DNA of 64,000 bases from Anaeromyxobacteraceae bacterium. Its GTDB lineage: Bacteria; Myxococcota; Myxococcia; Myxococcales; Anaeromyxobacteraceae. The notes beneath the pieces are model-generated. The model saw only the letters and a program-made list of their open reading frames with translations, searched no databases and was not told the origin of the DNA. This document shows positions 25,636 through 36,928 of this stretch, in pieces. The DNA lies in the NCBI GenBank assembly GCA_047602405.1, contig JASGHJ010000002.1, positions 2,304,001 to 2,368,000 on the forward strand. The letters are read 5' to 3'. Numbering within the stretch: position 1 is the first letter of the stretch; every line of letters starts with the position of its first letter. The position numbers and the translations under genes were made by a program.

Positions 25636-26455
25636 TCACGGGACGACGCCCGAGATCACCGGGACGTGCCAGGCGCAGTACTGCGCCTCGTCGAGGATGG
25701 TGGCGATCTGGTCGTCGAAGCGCGCCCGGGCCTCGTCGGGCGAGATCCCGAGGCGGGCGGCGGCGGTGTCGGCGTAGCCGTCCCGCCAGGCCTCCCAGAT
25801 GGCGGCGAACGTGCGGCGAGGCACCCTGAGCGTGTCGACGCTCACGACGTCCACCGCGAGCTCGCGGACGCCGAGCGCGCGCAGGTGCGCGTGCGCGTGG
25901 CGGCCGATCCGCATGTCGATGCCGTCGGCCTCCTGCATGCGCCGTGGGATGACGTCCCAGAAGTCGTCCGGGTCGAAGCGGCGCGCGGGCAGGTGGATCA
26001 TCCCGTAGTCCTCGGCGAGCAGGTGCAGCCGCCCCCCGGGGCGGGTGAGCCGCACGAGCTCCGCGAGCATCCGCTCCGGGTGCGGCACCGACTGCACCAC
26101 GTGTCGGCAGACGACGAGGTCGAACGAGCGGGCCGGCAGGCCCGTGTCGAAGAGGCTGCGGTGCTCGAAGCGGACGCGCGCCGCGTCCGCCCGGGTGCGG
26201 GCGCGGGCGAGCTCGAGGTGACCGTCGAGGATGTCGAGCCCGAGGAGCCGGGCCTGGGGGTACAGGGCGGCCAGCCGCGCGGTGATCTCGCCCGTGCCGC
26301 AGCCGCCGTCGAGGATCGAGAGCGGCCCCGCGAGCCCGTGCCGCTCGAGGATGCGCCGCTCCTGCGGCCAGATGGCCTCCGCCTGCGCGGCGAGGTTGCG
26401 GACCATCGACTCGTCGGCCATCTCGCGGGCCTGGGGGAAGAGAATCGTTCGCCAT
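25636..26455 (-). CDS. Class I SAM-dependent methyltransferase (probable frameshift ~26444)
   Basis: ILDGGCGTGEI, FDLVVCRHV, RPGGRL; the RBS-linked ATG at 26455 joins the frame if one base is removed. Confidence 0.85.
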
Positions 26456-26530
26456 GCCCTCTTCCTACGGCCGGACGGGCGCGGCCGCATGCCCCGGGCC
26501 CGCGAGGGACTCCCGCGCTATCTTCGCGCC

Positions 26531-27574
26531 ATGATCCGCACCCGCGGCTACGCCGCCTTCGACGCCACCTCCCCGCTCCGCCCCATGGACCTCGACCGCC
26601 GGGACCCCGGCCCGCGCGACGTCCTCATCGACATCGCCTACTGCGGCATCTGCCACTCCGACCTGCACACGGTGCGCGGCGAGTGGGGGCCGCAGCCCTA
26701 TCCCTTCGTCCCCGGCCACGAGATCGTGGGCAAGGTCTCGCGGGTCGGCGCCGAGGTGACGAAGCTCCGGGCAGGCGAGCTCGCGGGCGTCGGCTGCATG
26801 GTCGACTCGTGCCGGACCTGCGAGCCGTGCCGGCGCGACCTCCAGATGTTCTGCGAGAAGGGCGCCGCCTGGACCTATGCGTCGAAGCAGATGGACAAGC
26901 AGACGCCGACGAACGGCGGCTACTCGAGGCAGATCGTGGTCGACGAGGCCTTCGCGCTCCGGCTCGGCACGCCGTCGAACCTCGCGGCCGTCGCGCCGCT
27001 CCTCTGCGCGGGCATCACCACGTGGTCGCCGCTCCGGCAGTGGAGGGCCGGGCGGGGGAGCCGCGTGGGCGTGGTGGGCCTCGGCGGCCTCGGGCACGTC
27101 GCGGTGAAGCTCGCCGCCTCGCTCGGCGCCGAGGTGACGCTGCTCTCGTCCTCGCCGGGCAAGGAGCCGGACGCCCGGCGGCTCGGCGCCCATGCGTTCG
27201 TGCTCACGAGCGACGCGGCGGCGATGAAGGCGCTCGCCGGCCGGTTCGACCTCCTCCTCGACACCGTCTCCGCGCCGCACGACCTCAACCGGCTGCTGGG
27301 GCTCCTGCGCGTCGAGGGCACGCTCTGCCTCGTGGGCCTGCCGCCGGAGGCGGCCCCGATCCGGGCGGGCACGCTCATCGGTGGACGGCGGCGCCTCACC
27401 GGGTCGCTCATCGGCGGCATCGCGGAGACGCAGGAGATGCTCGACCACTGCGCGCAGCACGGCATCGTCGCCGACATCGAGCTCCTCCCGGTGTCCGAGG
27501 TGAACCGGGCGTACGAGCGGCTCGCCCGGAACGACGTCCGGTACCGGTTCGTGCTCGACCTCTCGACGCTCTGA
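26531..27574 (+). CDS. Zn/NAD(P)-dependent alcohol dehydrogenase (CAD/YahK family)
   Basis: CGICHSDLH, PGHEIVG, PLLCAGIT, GLGGLGH, DVRYRFV. Confidence 0.95.
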   Translation: MIRTRGYAAFDATSPLRPMDLDRRDPGPRDVLIDIAYCGICHSDLHTVRGEWGPQPYPFVPGHEIVGKVSRVGAEVTKLRAGELAGVGCMVDSCRTCEPCRRDLQMFCEKGAAWTYASKQMDKQTPTNGGYSRQIVVDEAFALRLGTPSNLAAVAPLLCAGITTWSPLRQWRAGRGSRVGVVGLGGLGHVAVKLAASLGAEVTLLSSSPGKEPDARRLGAHAFVLTSDAAAMKALAGRFDLLLDTVSAPHDLNRLLGLLRVEGTLCLVGLPPEAAPIRAGTLIGGRRRLTGSLIGGIAETQEMLDHCAQHGIVADIELLPVSEVNRAYERLARNDVRYRFVLDLSTL

Positions 27575-27722
27575 GCGGCGGCGAGGGCGACCCGACCGGG
27601 GCGCCGGCCGGGCGACCGGGCGCGGGGAGGAAAGGGACAGCGGAGCGGAGGGTCCGTCCCGGATCTCCCCGGCCCCGCGCGGCCGGACGCTCCAAGTCCG
27701 CGAGATCCCGGGCCGGGAGCCG

Positions 27723-27737
27723 TGGCACATCGGATGC
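27723..27737 (+). promoter_or_regulatory. Putative sigma54 promoter
   Basis: TGGCAC-N5-ATGC about 60 bp upstream of 27797; a sigma54 activator is encoded in the same cluster. Confidence 0.65.
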
Positions 27738-27796
27738 GATGGAGCGGCGGTGGGACGCACCCAACTCCACCCCATCCGTCCCTCGAGGAGTGCCAC

Positions 27797-28012
27797 ATGA
27801 AGAACGCCATCTTCGCCGCCGTCGTCTTCGCCCTCGCCGCCCCCGCGTTCGCCGACGAGGCGAAGGCCGCGGACGCGAAGCCGATGGAGGCCAAGCCGGC
27901 CGCCGAGGCCAAGCACGGGAAGGGCCACAAGAAGCACGAGATGAAGAAGGGCGAGATGAAGGCCGACAAGAAGGACGACAAGGCCGCCGCGCCGGCCGCC
28001 GCCCCGAAGTAA
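27797..28012 (+). CDS. Small secreted Lys/Ala-rich protein (71 aa)
   Basis: GAGGAG RBS, signal peptide ending AFA, KHGKGHKKHEMKKGEMK. Confidence 0.8.
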   Translation: MKNAIFAAVVFALAAPAFADEAKAADAKPMEAKPAAEAKHGKGHKKHEMKKGEMKADKKDDKAAAPAAAPK

Positions 28013-28035
28013 CATCTCCTCCCGAGAGGACCCCG

Positions 28036-28072
28036 GGGGCCGGCCGGTCATCGGCCGGCCCTCTGCTTTTTT
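28036..28072 (+). terminator. Intrinsic terminator
   Basis: GGGCCGGCCG-loop-CGGCCGGCCC followed by a T run. Confidence 0.75.
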
Positions 28073-29639
28073 GAGGAAGGTCTCGCCCCGGGAGATCGTG
28101 GCACCGGCATGTCGCTCCGCGCGCGCATCATCCTCGTCTTCGCCGCCGCCCTCGTCTTCACGCTGGGCGTCGCGGCCATGCTCGCCGAGCGCATCGCCGC
28201 GGGCGCGCTGCAGCAGAGCCTGCGCGACCGCTCCGTCTACCTCGCCTCCAACATCGCCGACGAGCTCAACCTCGGCCCCCGCACCGACGCGGAGCGCGCC
28301 ACCCGGCAGCTCGGCGCCGTGCTCGCCCGCCACCGCGGCCTGCGCGCGGCGCAGCTCACGTTGCGGCGCGCCGAGGGCGTCCAGCGCTTCCGGGTGACCT
28401 TCGGCGAGGACGGCCCGGTGGTCGCCCGCTCCGACGAGCCCCGGGTGCCGCTGCCGGTCGAGACCGCGATCGCGCTCGTCGAGGAGGAGGAGGCGCGCAT
28501 GTGGCGCGTGGACCTCCCGCTCAAGGACGGCGGCGGCCACACCTTCGGCGCCCTGCGCATCGACGCCAGCCTCTCCGGCGTCGAGGAGATCGCCGCGAGC
28601 GAGCGGAGCACGTTCTTCCTCGTGGCCGGGGGCGGCTCGGTGGTGCTCGCCCTCCTCTTCTCGGCGCTGCTCGGCCGGCTCCTCACCCGCCCGCTCGCGA
28701 GCCTCGCCGGCGCGATGGAGGCCGTGCAGTCCGGCGCCGTCGACCCGGCCACGGTGCCGGGCCTCGACCGCGACGACGAGATCGGGGTGGTCGCGCGCGG
28801 CCTCTCGGCGATGCTCGAGCGCATCCGCCGCTTCAACGACGAGCTCCAGCACACGGTCGACGGGGCGGTGAAGGACCTCGCCCGCAACAACCGCGAGCTC
28901 GCCGAGGTGAACGCGCTCCTCGTCGAGGCGCGCCGCGACGTGCTCTCGAAGGAGCGGCTCGCCGCGCTCGGCCAGCTCTCCGGCACCATCGCCCACGAGC
29001 TCGGGAACCCGCTGAACGCCATCTCCGGCAACGTCCAGCTCCTCGCCCGCGATCCCTCGACGCCCGCCCCGGTGCGCGCGCAGATCGAGGTCGTCGAGCG
29101 CGAGGTGAAGCGGATGACCGGCATCATCCGTCGGTTCCTCGACTCGGCGCGGGCGCTCGGCCCCGAGCCCATGGAGGTCGACCTCCCGGCGCTCGTGGAG
29201 GAGACCCTCGACCTCTCCCTGCCCGCCGAGGCGCGCGCGCGGGTCGCCATCGAGCGGAGCTTCGGGCCGGGCGCCGACCGCGTGCGCACCAATCCGATGC
29301 TGGTGCGCCACGTGCTCGGCAACCTCGTCTCGAACGCGTTCGACGCAATGGCCGGCGGGGGCACCCTCCGGATCCGCACCTGGCGCGCCGGCGACGAGCT
29401 CTCCATCGCGGTCTCCGATTCCGGCGCGGGCATCGCCGCCGAGGACCGCCGCCGCATCTTCGAGCCCTTCTACACGACGAAGCCGCGAGGCCGGGGCACC
29501 GGCCTCGGCCTCGCAATCTCCCGGGAGATCGCGAGCGCGCTCCGGGGCAAGATCGAGGTGGACTCCGAGCCCGGGAAGGGGTCCACCTTCGTGCTCACGT
29601 TCCCGGCGCCGGCGGAGGCCGGCGCACGCGGAGGGACCG

Positions 29640-30986
<1,347 letters not shown>

Positions 30987-30998
30987 CGTGCGTGGGCC

Positions 30999-32804
30999 GT
31001 GGACCCCGTCCTCCTCGCCGTGCAGCTCGAGCCGCCCAACCGCGGCGGCCAGGGGGACTCCGTGTACCGCACGGTCCAGCCGCTCCGCGCGCTCGGTGAG
31101 CGGCCGGGCGTCGTGGCGGTCTCCGGCTCCTGGCTCCACCCGCTCGCGCGGACGCTCGCCGAGACCGCCGACGTCCTCGTGCTCGTCATGACGGCCGAGG
31201 CCGACCTCGTGCCGCTCGTGGAGCGCCGCCGCGCCCGTGGGCTCCTCACGGTCTTCGAGGTCAACGACGACGCGCTCGCCCCGCAGGCGTGGAACCCGAC
31301 CGCGAACGTCGCCCGGGACCCGTTCCTCAGGGCCGCGTTCCTGAGGACCGCCTCCCTCGCCGACGGGCTCCAGCTCTCGGTCGCGCCGCTCGGCGAGCGC
31401 TACGGGCACCTCGCCGGGCCCTCGCGCGTCCTCGTGAACCACCTGTGGACGCTGCCGGAGGTCCCGGCGCGGGAGGCCGGCGGGAAGCTCCGCGTCGGCT
31501 GGGGCGGCTCGCTCGGCCACCGGGACGACCTCGTCGCCCACCTGCCCGCGGTGCGCGAGGTGCTGGACCGGCACCCCGAGGCCGTGTTCGCGCTCATGGG
31601 GCCGCCCTCGTTCAAGGCGCTCCTCGACGGCTTCCCCGCCGGCCGGACCGAGTTCACGCCGGGCGGCAGCCTCGAGGCCTACTACCGCTTCGTCGCCTCC
31701 CTCGACGCCGGCCTCTGCCCGCTCGTCGCGACCGACTGGAACCGCTGCCGTTCCGACGTGAAGTGGCTGGAGCTCGCCTCGCACGGCGCCGCGCCGCTCG
31801 TCTCCCGCCTGGCCCCGTACGCGCACGTGAGGGACGGCGAGACCGGGCTCGTCTTCGGCTCCCCCGCGGAGCTCGCGGCGAAGCTCGAGGCCGTGCTCGC
31901 GGACCCCGGGCTGCGCGCGCGCGTGGCCGCTGGCGCCCGCGCCGAGGCCGCGCGGCGGCTCGAGCGCGACCACGTCGACGACCGGCTCGACTTCTGGCGG
32001 GAGGCCGCCGCGGTCGCGGGGCGGACCTTCGCGCCGCGGGAGCACCCGGAGCTCCCGGACGCGCTCCGGGCCGGCGGGCACCACCCCGCCCCCGACGACG
32101 CCGCCACGCGCCTCCTGCACGACGGCCTCGTGCTGCTGCGCGACGGCCACCCCGCCGAGGCCCGCAGGAAGCTCACCGAGGCGACCCGCGCCGCGCCCGC
32201 GGACTTCACCCCCTGGCTCTACCTCGGCGGCGCCGAGGAGAAGCCGGCCCGCGCGGTCGACGCGCTCCGGAAGGCCGCCGCGCTCGCGCCGGGGAGCCCC
32301 ACCGTCGCGCGAGCGCTGGGCCTGAAGCTCCTCGCGGCCGGGGACGCCTCCGGGGCCCGCCGGGAGCTCGCGCGCTGCACCGATGTGGCGCCCGCGCTCG
32401 GCTTCGGCGAGGCGCTCCTCGGCGAGCTCGCGCTCGAGGGCGGCGACCGGTCCGGGGTCGACGCGCTCCGGGCCGCCTGCCGCGCGAACCCGTTCCTCGC
32501 CCCCACCGCCGCGCGCCTCGCCCGCGAGGAGCAGGCCGCGGGCCGGTCCGCCGAGGCCGAGGCCGTGCTCCGCGCGGCGCTCGCGGCGGACCCGCGCGCG
32601 TGGCCCGCGCTGCTGGGGCTCGGGCGGCTCTTCCTCGAGACCGGCCGCGCCGCGGAGGCGGTGGCGCCGCTCGAGGCCGCGGTGGAGCGCGCCGAGGATC
32701 CGACCCCCGCGCTCGCCCAGCTCGCGAAGGCCTACGCCGGCCTCGGGCGCCTCGACGAGGCGCGGGCCCTGCTCGCTCGGCTCCGCCAGGTCCCTGGGCG
32801 GTAG
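30999..32804 (+). CDS. GT-B glycosyltransferase-like domain fused to TPR repeats
   Basis: VGWGGS..H, WNRCRSDVKWLE, VRDGETGLV; C-terminal TPR-like helices. Confidence 0.75.
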   Translation: MDPVLLAVQLEPPNRGGQGDSVYRTVQPLRALGERPGVVAVSGSWLHPLARTLAETADVLVLVMTAEADLVPLVERRRARGLLTVFEVNDDALAPQAWNPTANVARDPFLRAAFLRTASLADGLQLSVAPLGERYGHLAGPSRVLVNHLWTLPEVPAREAGGKLRVGWGGSLGHRDDLVAHLPAVREVLDRHPEAVFALMGPPSFKALLDGFPAGRTEFTPGGSLEAYYRFVASLDAGLCPLVATDWNRCRSDVKWLELASHGAAPLVSRLAPYAHVRDGETGLVFGSPAELAAKLEAVLADPGLRARVAAGARAEAARRLERDHVDDRLDFWREAAAVAGRTFAPREHPELPDALRAGGHHPAPDDAATRLLHDGLVLLRDGHPAEARRKLTEATRAAPADFTPWLYLGGAEEKPARAVDALRKAAALAPGSPTVARALGLKLLAAGDASGARRELARCTDVAPALGFGEALLGELALEGGDRSGVDALRAACRANPFLAPTAARLAREEQAAGRSAEAEAVLRAALAADPRAWPALLGLGRLFLETGRAAEAVAPLEAAVERAEDPTPALAQLAKAYAGLGRLDEARALLARLRQVPGR

Positions 32805-32815
32805 GGGGGCGGCCG

Positions 32816-34090
32816 TCAGGCCGCCACTGCATGAGGTGATGATCCGTACGCGGCGACCACCTCGCCAGCGACCGGATCGGGAGGCGTATCGTCGTTGGAC
32901 GGCGCCTCTCCGCCGCCGTCCTCCGACGCGCGCTCCCGCCGCGCCGCCCGCTCCGCCCGCGCCTCCGCGATCTTCTGCTCGATGAACTCCGGCCCGAACT
33001 TCAGGAACGCGGCGTAGAGGTTATGGGGGAAGCAGTAGGTCAGGAGCTCGTCGACGGTGGACGATCCCGTCACGAGCGCCCCGTCCTTGTGCTCCATGGT
33101 CAGGTTCTCGGTGCTCTCGCACCGATGCCCCTCCTCCTCGCCGAACCGGCACCGGTACCCATCCCGCTCGAGCACCGCCCGCCTCACCTCCGCCAGGACG
33201 GGCTGCCGGATCCCGGGCGTCGGCTCCTTCGCCGGCGCCGGCTTCCGTACACGCGTCGGCTTCAGCAGCCCCCGCTTGCGCTTCTGGGCCTCGAGCGAGT
33301 CGCGAACCATGATCGCGAGGAGCTTCGCCGGCGCGCGGTCCGGCACGACGTTCGCGAGCAGCCCCGCGAGCTCGTCGAACAGCCGGTTCGTTTCCTCGTC
33401 CATGTGCGCCCGGAGCTGGTACTCGTCCTTCGCGACCGGGACGACCTCGCCGCGGTCGGCGCGGCGTGGAGGCGTGACCGGAGCTGCGACGGAGGGCACG
33501 GAGAGCACCAGCGCCGGTGCGACTTCGTTCGCGGCTCCAACCATGTCCGGAAGTAGAGAATTCACCTGAACGGGTGCAGCGGGGTCCGTGACCGCAGCCG
33601 TGGCCGCATCGGTAGCCGTGGCCGAAACCGTAGCCGTGTTGGTGGCCGATGCCGCGCCCGAGGCCCTCGGCAGCCGACGCACCCCGTCCGCAGGCACGTC
33701 CCGCGGCCGGATGGCGACGACGAGTTCGACCGTCTTCCGCTTCGACAGCCACGCCGCCTTGGCGACGAGCTCGTCGTAGTTCTCGGGGGTAAGCACCGAC
33801 GCGAGCACGAGGAGCTGGGTCGGATTCAGACGCCCGGTCTCGAGCTCCGCCTCGAGCCCCGGAAACCGTCGAATGAGCCGCATCGCCGTCACTCGCCCCG
33901 CCGCCGTCCCCTCGCAGAGGTGCCACACCTTCGTGAGGTACTCCCAGGCCGAGCCGCAGTTGAACTCGCAGTAGCCCCGCTCCCGGTCGAGCACGTGAAG
34001 CTTCCGCAGGAACTCGACGAGCCGGTGCCGGTCGCCCGCGATCAGCTCTCCGATCTCCTCGTGCAGCTTCATCATCTTCGGGTTCCGCAT
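32816..34090 (-). CDS. HNH endonuclease-like protein (DUF222-like N-terminus)
   Basis: VRRAVLERDGYRCRF...RCES...EH...CFPHN; atypical codon usage. Confidence 0.75.
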   Translation of the reverse strand: MRNPKMMKLHEEIGELIAGDRHRLVEFLRKLHVLDRERGYCEFNCGSAWEYLTKVWHLCEGTAAGRVTAMRLIRRFPGLEAELETGRLNPTQLLVLASVLTPENYDELVAKAAWLSKRKTVELVVAIRPRDVPADGVRRLPRASGAASATNTATVSATATDAATAAVTDPAAPVQVNSLLPDMVGAANEVAPALVLSVPSVAAPVTPPRRADRGEVVPVAKDEYQLRAHMDEETNRLFDELAGLLANVVPDRAPAKLLAIMVRDSLEAQKRKRGLLKPTRVRKPAPAKEPTPGIRQPVLAEVRRAVLERDGYRCRFGEEEGHRCESTENLTMEHKDGALVTGSSTVDELLTYCFPHNLYAAFLKFGPEFIEQKIAEARAERAARRERASEDGGGEAPSNDDTPPDPVAGEVVAAYGSSPHAVAA

Positions 34091-34428
34091 GGCTCACCTC
34101 GCGTGACCGGGGGGCGTGAACGCCCGTCCAGTATACATAAACACGTGAAGTGAATATGTCCATGGGTCGCGAGCGTCCCTGAAGGGTTCACCCACAGTCA
34201 CCCATCGCCTGTCGCGACGGTCCGCGGCGCAATCCCGGCCGCCCGTCTCCCCTCACGACTGCTTCACCGTAGTGCGGGCAACCCACCTCAACCCGCCCTG
34301 CGCCGGTCGCGGTTCTCCACCTTGCGAGGAGGCCAGCCCGCAAAGGCCGACGCGGGCTCGGGCGCCTCGACGAGGCGCGGGCCTTGCTGCTCGAGTTGAA
34401 GCGGCGGACGGGGCGCTGAGGCGCGCCG

Positions 34429-35397
34429 CTACTTGAACACCGTCTTCACCCACGCCTCGGCCTGGTCGAGGTCGTTGCCGAGCGCCTGGACGCGCGCGGG
34501 GCCGAGCCCGATGGCCTTCGCGGCGTCGACCACCTCGGCGGGCGCGGTCGGGTGCGTCCCCGGCTCGCGCCGGAGGAGATCGGCCGCCGAGATCATCCGC
34601 ACGAGCTGCACGAAGGGATCCTTCGTCGCCTGGTGGTGCCCGGCGGCGACGTCGGCGAGCGTGGGCGGGAGCTGCCAGATGCGGTGCATCTCGGTGCCGA
34701 GCTCCACGTGCACGAGGTGGAGCGCGCGGCGGACCTCGGCGGCGGGCAAGGTGCGGAGCTTCCCGTACTCGGTGAGCTCGGAGACCGAGCGCATGCCAAC
34801 GCCCTTGCCGACGTCGTGGAGGAGCCCGGCCATGAAGACCTGCTCCGCGCCGGGGTTCGCGGCGAGCTTCTGCTTGGCGAGATCGGCCGCGCAGCGCGCC
34901 ACGGTGGCGGCGTGCATGAAGAGCTCGGTCCAGATCGGCTCGTAGGCCTTCTGGTTGCCGCCCGACTCCGGGCTGTAGAGCGACTTCATCGAGATCGCGG
35001 CGGCGAGCCGGGCGACCTCCGACATGCCGAGGCGCGCGACCGCCTCCTTCACGGTGTCGATGCGGCGCACCGCGCGGTAGACCGCCGAGTTCGCGAGCGC
35101 GAGCACGCCGCCGGCGAGCGCGCCGTCGACGCGGATGTACTTCGAGAGCTCCCCGAGGTCGACGTCCGGGTACCGGACGAGCTCGAGGATCTGCATCGCG
35201 ATCGAAGGGAACGCGGCCGGGCCGGGCCGGGCGACCTCGAAGTGCGCCCGGATGGCCTCGACGGTGCGCTGCTCCTCGGCGGTGACGTCGGGCTCGGGTG
35301 CTGCGAGCGCGGCGACATCGACCGAGAGCGCCTGCGCCCAGGCCTCGGGCGGCGCGTCGGGGCTCGTGGGGAGCGGTGGCGTGGGAGCGGCGCTCAT
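34429..35397 (-). CDS. HDOD domain protein
   Basis: VLALANSA, AVARLG, AGLLHDVGK, WQLP. Confidence 0.88.
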   Translation of the reverse strand: MSAAPTPPLPTSPDAPPEAWAQALSVDVAALAAPEPDVTAEEQRTVEAIRAHFEVARPGPAAFPSIAMQILELVRYPDVDLGELSKYIRVDGALAGGVLALANSAVYRAVRRIDTVKEAVARLGMSEVARLAAAISMKSLYSPESGGNQKAYEPIWTELFMHAATVARCAADLAKQKLAANPGAEQVFMAGLLHDVGKGVGMRSVSELTEYGKLRTLPAAEVRRALHLVHVELGTEMHRIWQLPPTLADVAAGHHQATKDPFVQLVRMISAADLLRREPGTHPTAPAEVVDAAKAIGLGPARVQALGNDLDQAEAWVKTVFK

Positions 35398-35831
35398 GGC
35401 GATTCCTTACCACTCCCCGGGCCCGAAATCGAAGGCGAAGCCGGCCCGACCCGGACCATCCGCTCGAAGAGCCGGTCCAGGGCGCGTAGGGGATCGTCGC
35501 ACAGCCCGGAGTGCACCGGCGAGACCTGCACGATGGTGCTCCGCGGCGCGACGAGCCAGTGCCAGCGCTCCCGGGCGGAGAGCCTGCCGATGGGGCCGGC
35601 CGCCGGGCCGCCCTCGCAGATGCGGGGGATGACCGCGAGGTGCTCCTCCACGACGGCGGGGTCGGTGTCCGGCGAGAGCGCGGCGAGGCGCCCCCGGTCG
35701 AGCGCGACCCGGGCCGAGAGCACGCCCTTCTCCAGGCAGAAGAGGATGACCCCGGCGTTCAGGAACTCCTCGCGCTCGACGCGCGGGACCACCCGGACGA
35801 CGGCGTAGTCAAACGAGGGCGGCGCGGGCAC
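35394..35831 (-). CDS. DUF3037 domain protein
   Basis: FDYAVVRVVPRVEREEFLNAGVIL...WLVAPRSTIVQVSPVHSGLC. Confidence 0.9.
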   Translation of the reverse strand: MPAPPSFDYAVVRVVPRVEREEFLNAGVILFCLEKGVLSARVALDRGRLAALSPDTDPAVVEEHLAVIPRICEGGPAAGPIGRLSARERWHWLVAPRSTIVQVSPVHSGLCDDPLRALDRLFERMVRVGPASPSISGPGSGKESP

Positions 35832-36570
35832 GTTCCGCCTCCTCGAGCCAGAGGTCCGACGCCTCGAGGCGCCGGGCGAGGTGTTCGACGTAGGCCGCGC
35901 GGTCCGGGCCGTCCGCGGAGAGCCAGGCGTCCGGCACGGCGGCGAGCACGGCCGCGATCGCAGGCCGGGTCGCTTTCGCGCGCAGCGCGGCGACGGCGGC
36001 CGGCAACGCCGTCGCCCACGGCAGGAGCACGTGGTCCTTCACGAGCGGGTACGCCGAGCGCGCGGTGTCCTTCCTCGCGTCCCAGGCGTGGTGGAAGTGC
36101 AGCGCGGCGCCGTGGTCGATGAGCCAGAGCTGCCGGTGCCAGAGGAGGAGGTTCGTGTTTCTCGGCGTGCGGTCGACGTTCTGGACCCAGGCGTCGAGCG
36201 CGACCACCGCGGACGCGAGCGCCGGGGCCGGGGCGGGGCCCGCGACCGGGTCGAACGTCACGCTGCCGGGGAGGTAGTCGACGCCGAGGTTCGTCCCGGC
36301 GCTCGCCTTGAGGAGCTGGCGGATCTCGTAGTCGGGCTCGTTGCGGCCGAGGGCCGGGTCGAGCGCGAGGAGGACGAGCTCCGGGACCCGCAGGCCGGCG
36401 AGCCGGGCGAGCTCGCCCGCGATGAGCTCGGCGACGAGGGCCTTCTCGCCCTGCCCCGCGCCGCGGAACTTCGCGACGTACAGCCCGTCGTCGTCCCCCT
36501 CCACGATGGCCGGCAGGGAGCCGCCCTCGCGGAGCGGGGTGACGTAGCGGGTGGCGTGGACCGTGCGCAC
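35809..36570 (-). CDS. HipA-like kinase
   Basis: RYVTPLREGGSLP...KFRGAGQG...NVDRTPRNTNLL...LIDHG. Confidence 0.9.
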   Translation of the reverse strand: MRTVHATRYVTPLREGGSLPAIVEGDDDGLYVAKFRGAGQGEKALVAELIAGELARLAGLRVPELVLLALDPALGRNEPDYEIRQLLKASAGTNLGVDYLPGSVTFDPVAGPAPAPALASAVVALDAWVQNVDRTPRNTNLLLWHRQLWLIDHGAALHFHHAWDARKDTARSAYPLVKDHVLLPWATALPAAVAALRAKATRPAIAAVLAAVPDAWLSADGPDRAAYVEHLARRLEASDLWLEEAERARAALV

Positions 36571-36655
36571 CGGGAGAACCTATCACCGGAGGCGCTCCGG
36601 GTCCGTACGTCCCGAGCGTGGCGGTGGTGCAGCCACCGCGGAGACGAGGGACGCC

Positions 36656-36919
36656 CTACGGCATGTCCGAGAGCCCGCCGCCGTTCACGACGTCGGTCCA
36701 GCCGTTCGCCTTCAGCATGCGGGCCGCGAAGGCGCTGCGGGCGCCGGACGCGCAGTAGAGCACCACCGGCCGGTCCTTCGGGATCTCGCCGGCCCGGCTG
36801 CCGAGGTCCTGCACCGGGATGTTGACCGCGTTCGGGTAGGCCCCGTCCGCGAACTCCTCGGGGGTGCGGACGTCCACGATGACCGCCCCCGCGTTGATCT
36901 TGTCCTTTATCGCGCTCAT
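36656..36919 (-). CDS. Rhodanese-like protein
   Basis: VDVRTPEEF, YCASGARS. Confidence 0.9.
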   Translation of the reverse strand: MSAIKDKINAGAVIVDVRTPEEFADGAYPNAVNIPVQDLGSRAGEIPKDRPVVLYCASGARSAFAARMLKANGWTDVVNGGGLSDMP

Positions 36920-36928
36920 GTCCCTCTC

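Noticed and set aside
34129..34144. LexA/SOS box upstream of the HNH gene
   Set aside because: Two mismatches to CTGT-N8-ACAG, and that consensus may not apply to this lineage.
34324..34334. GCGAGGAGGCC as a third copy of the 21.4-22.1 kb element
   Set aside because: Only 11 bp are shared and there is no matching closing stem; plausible by chance.
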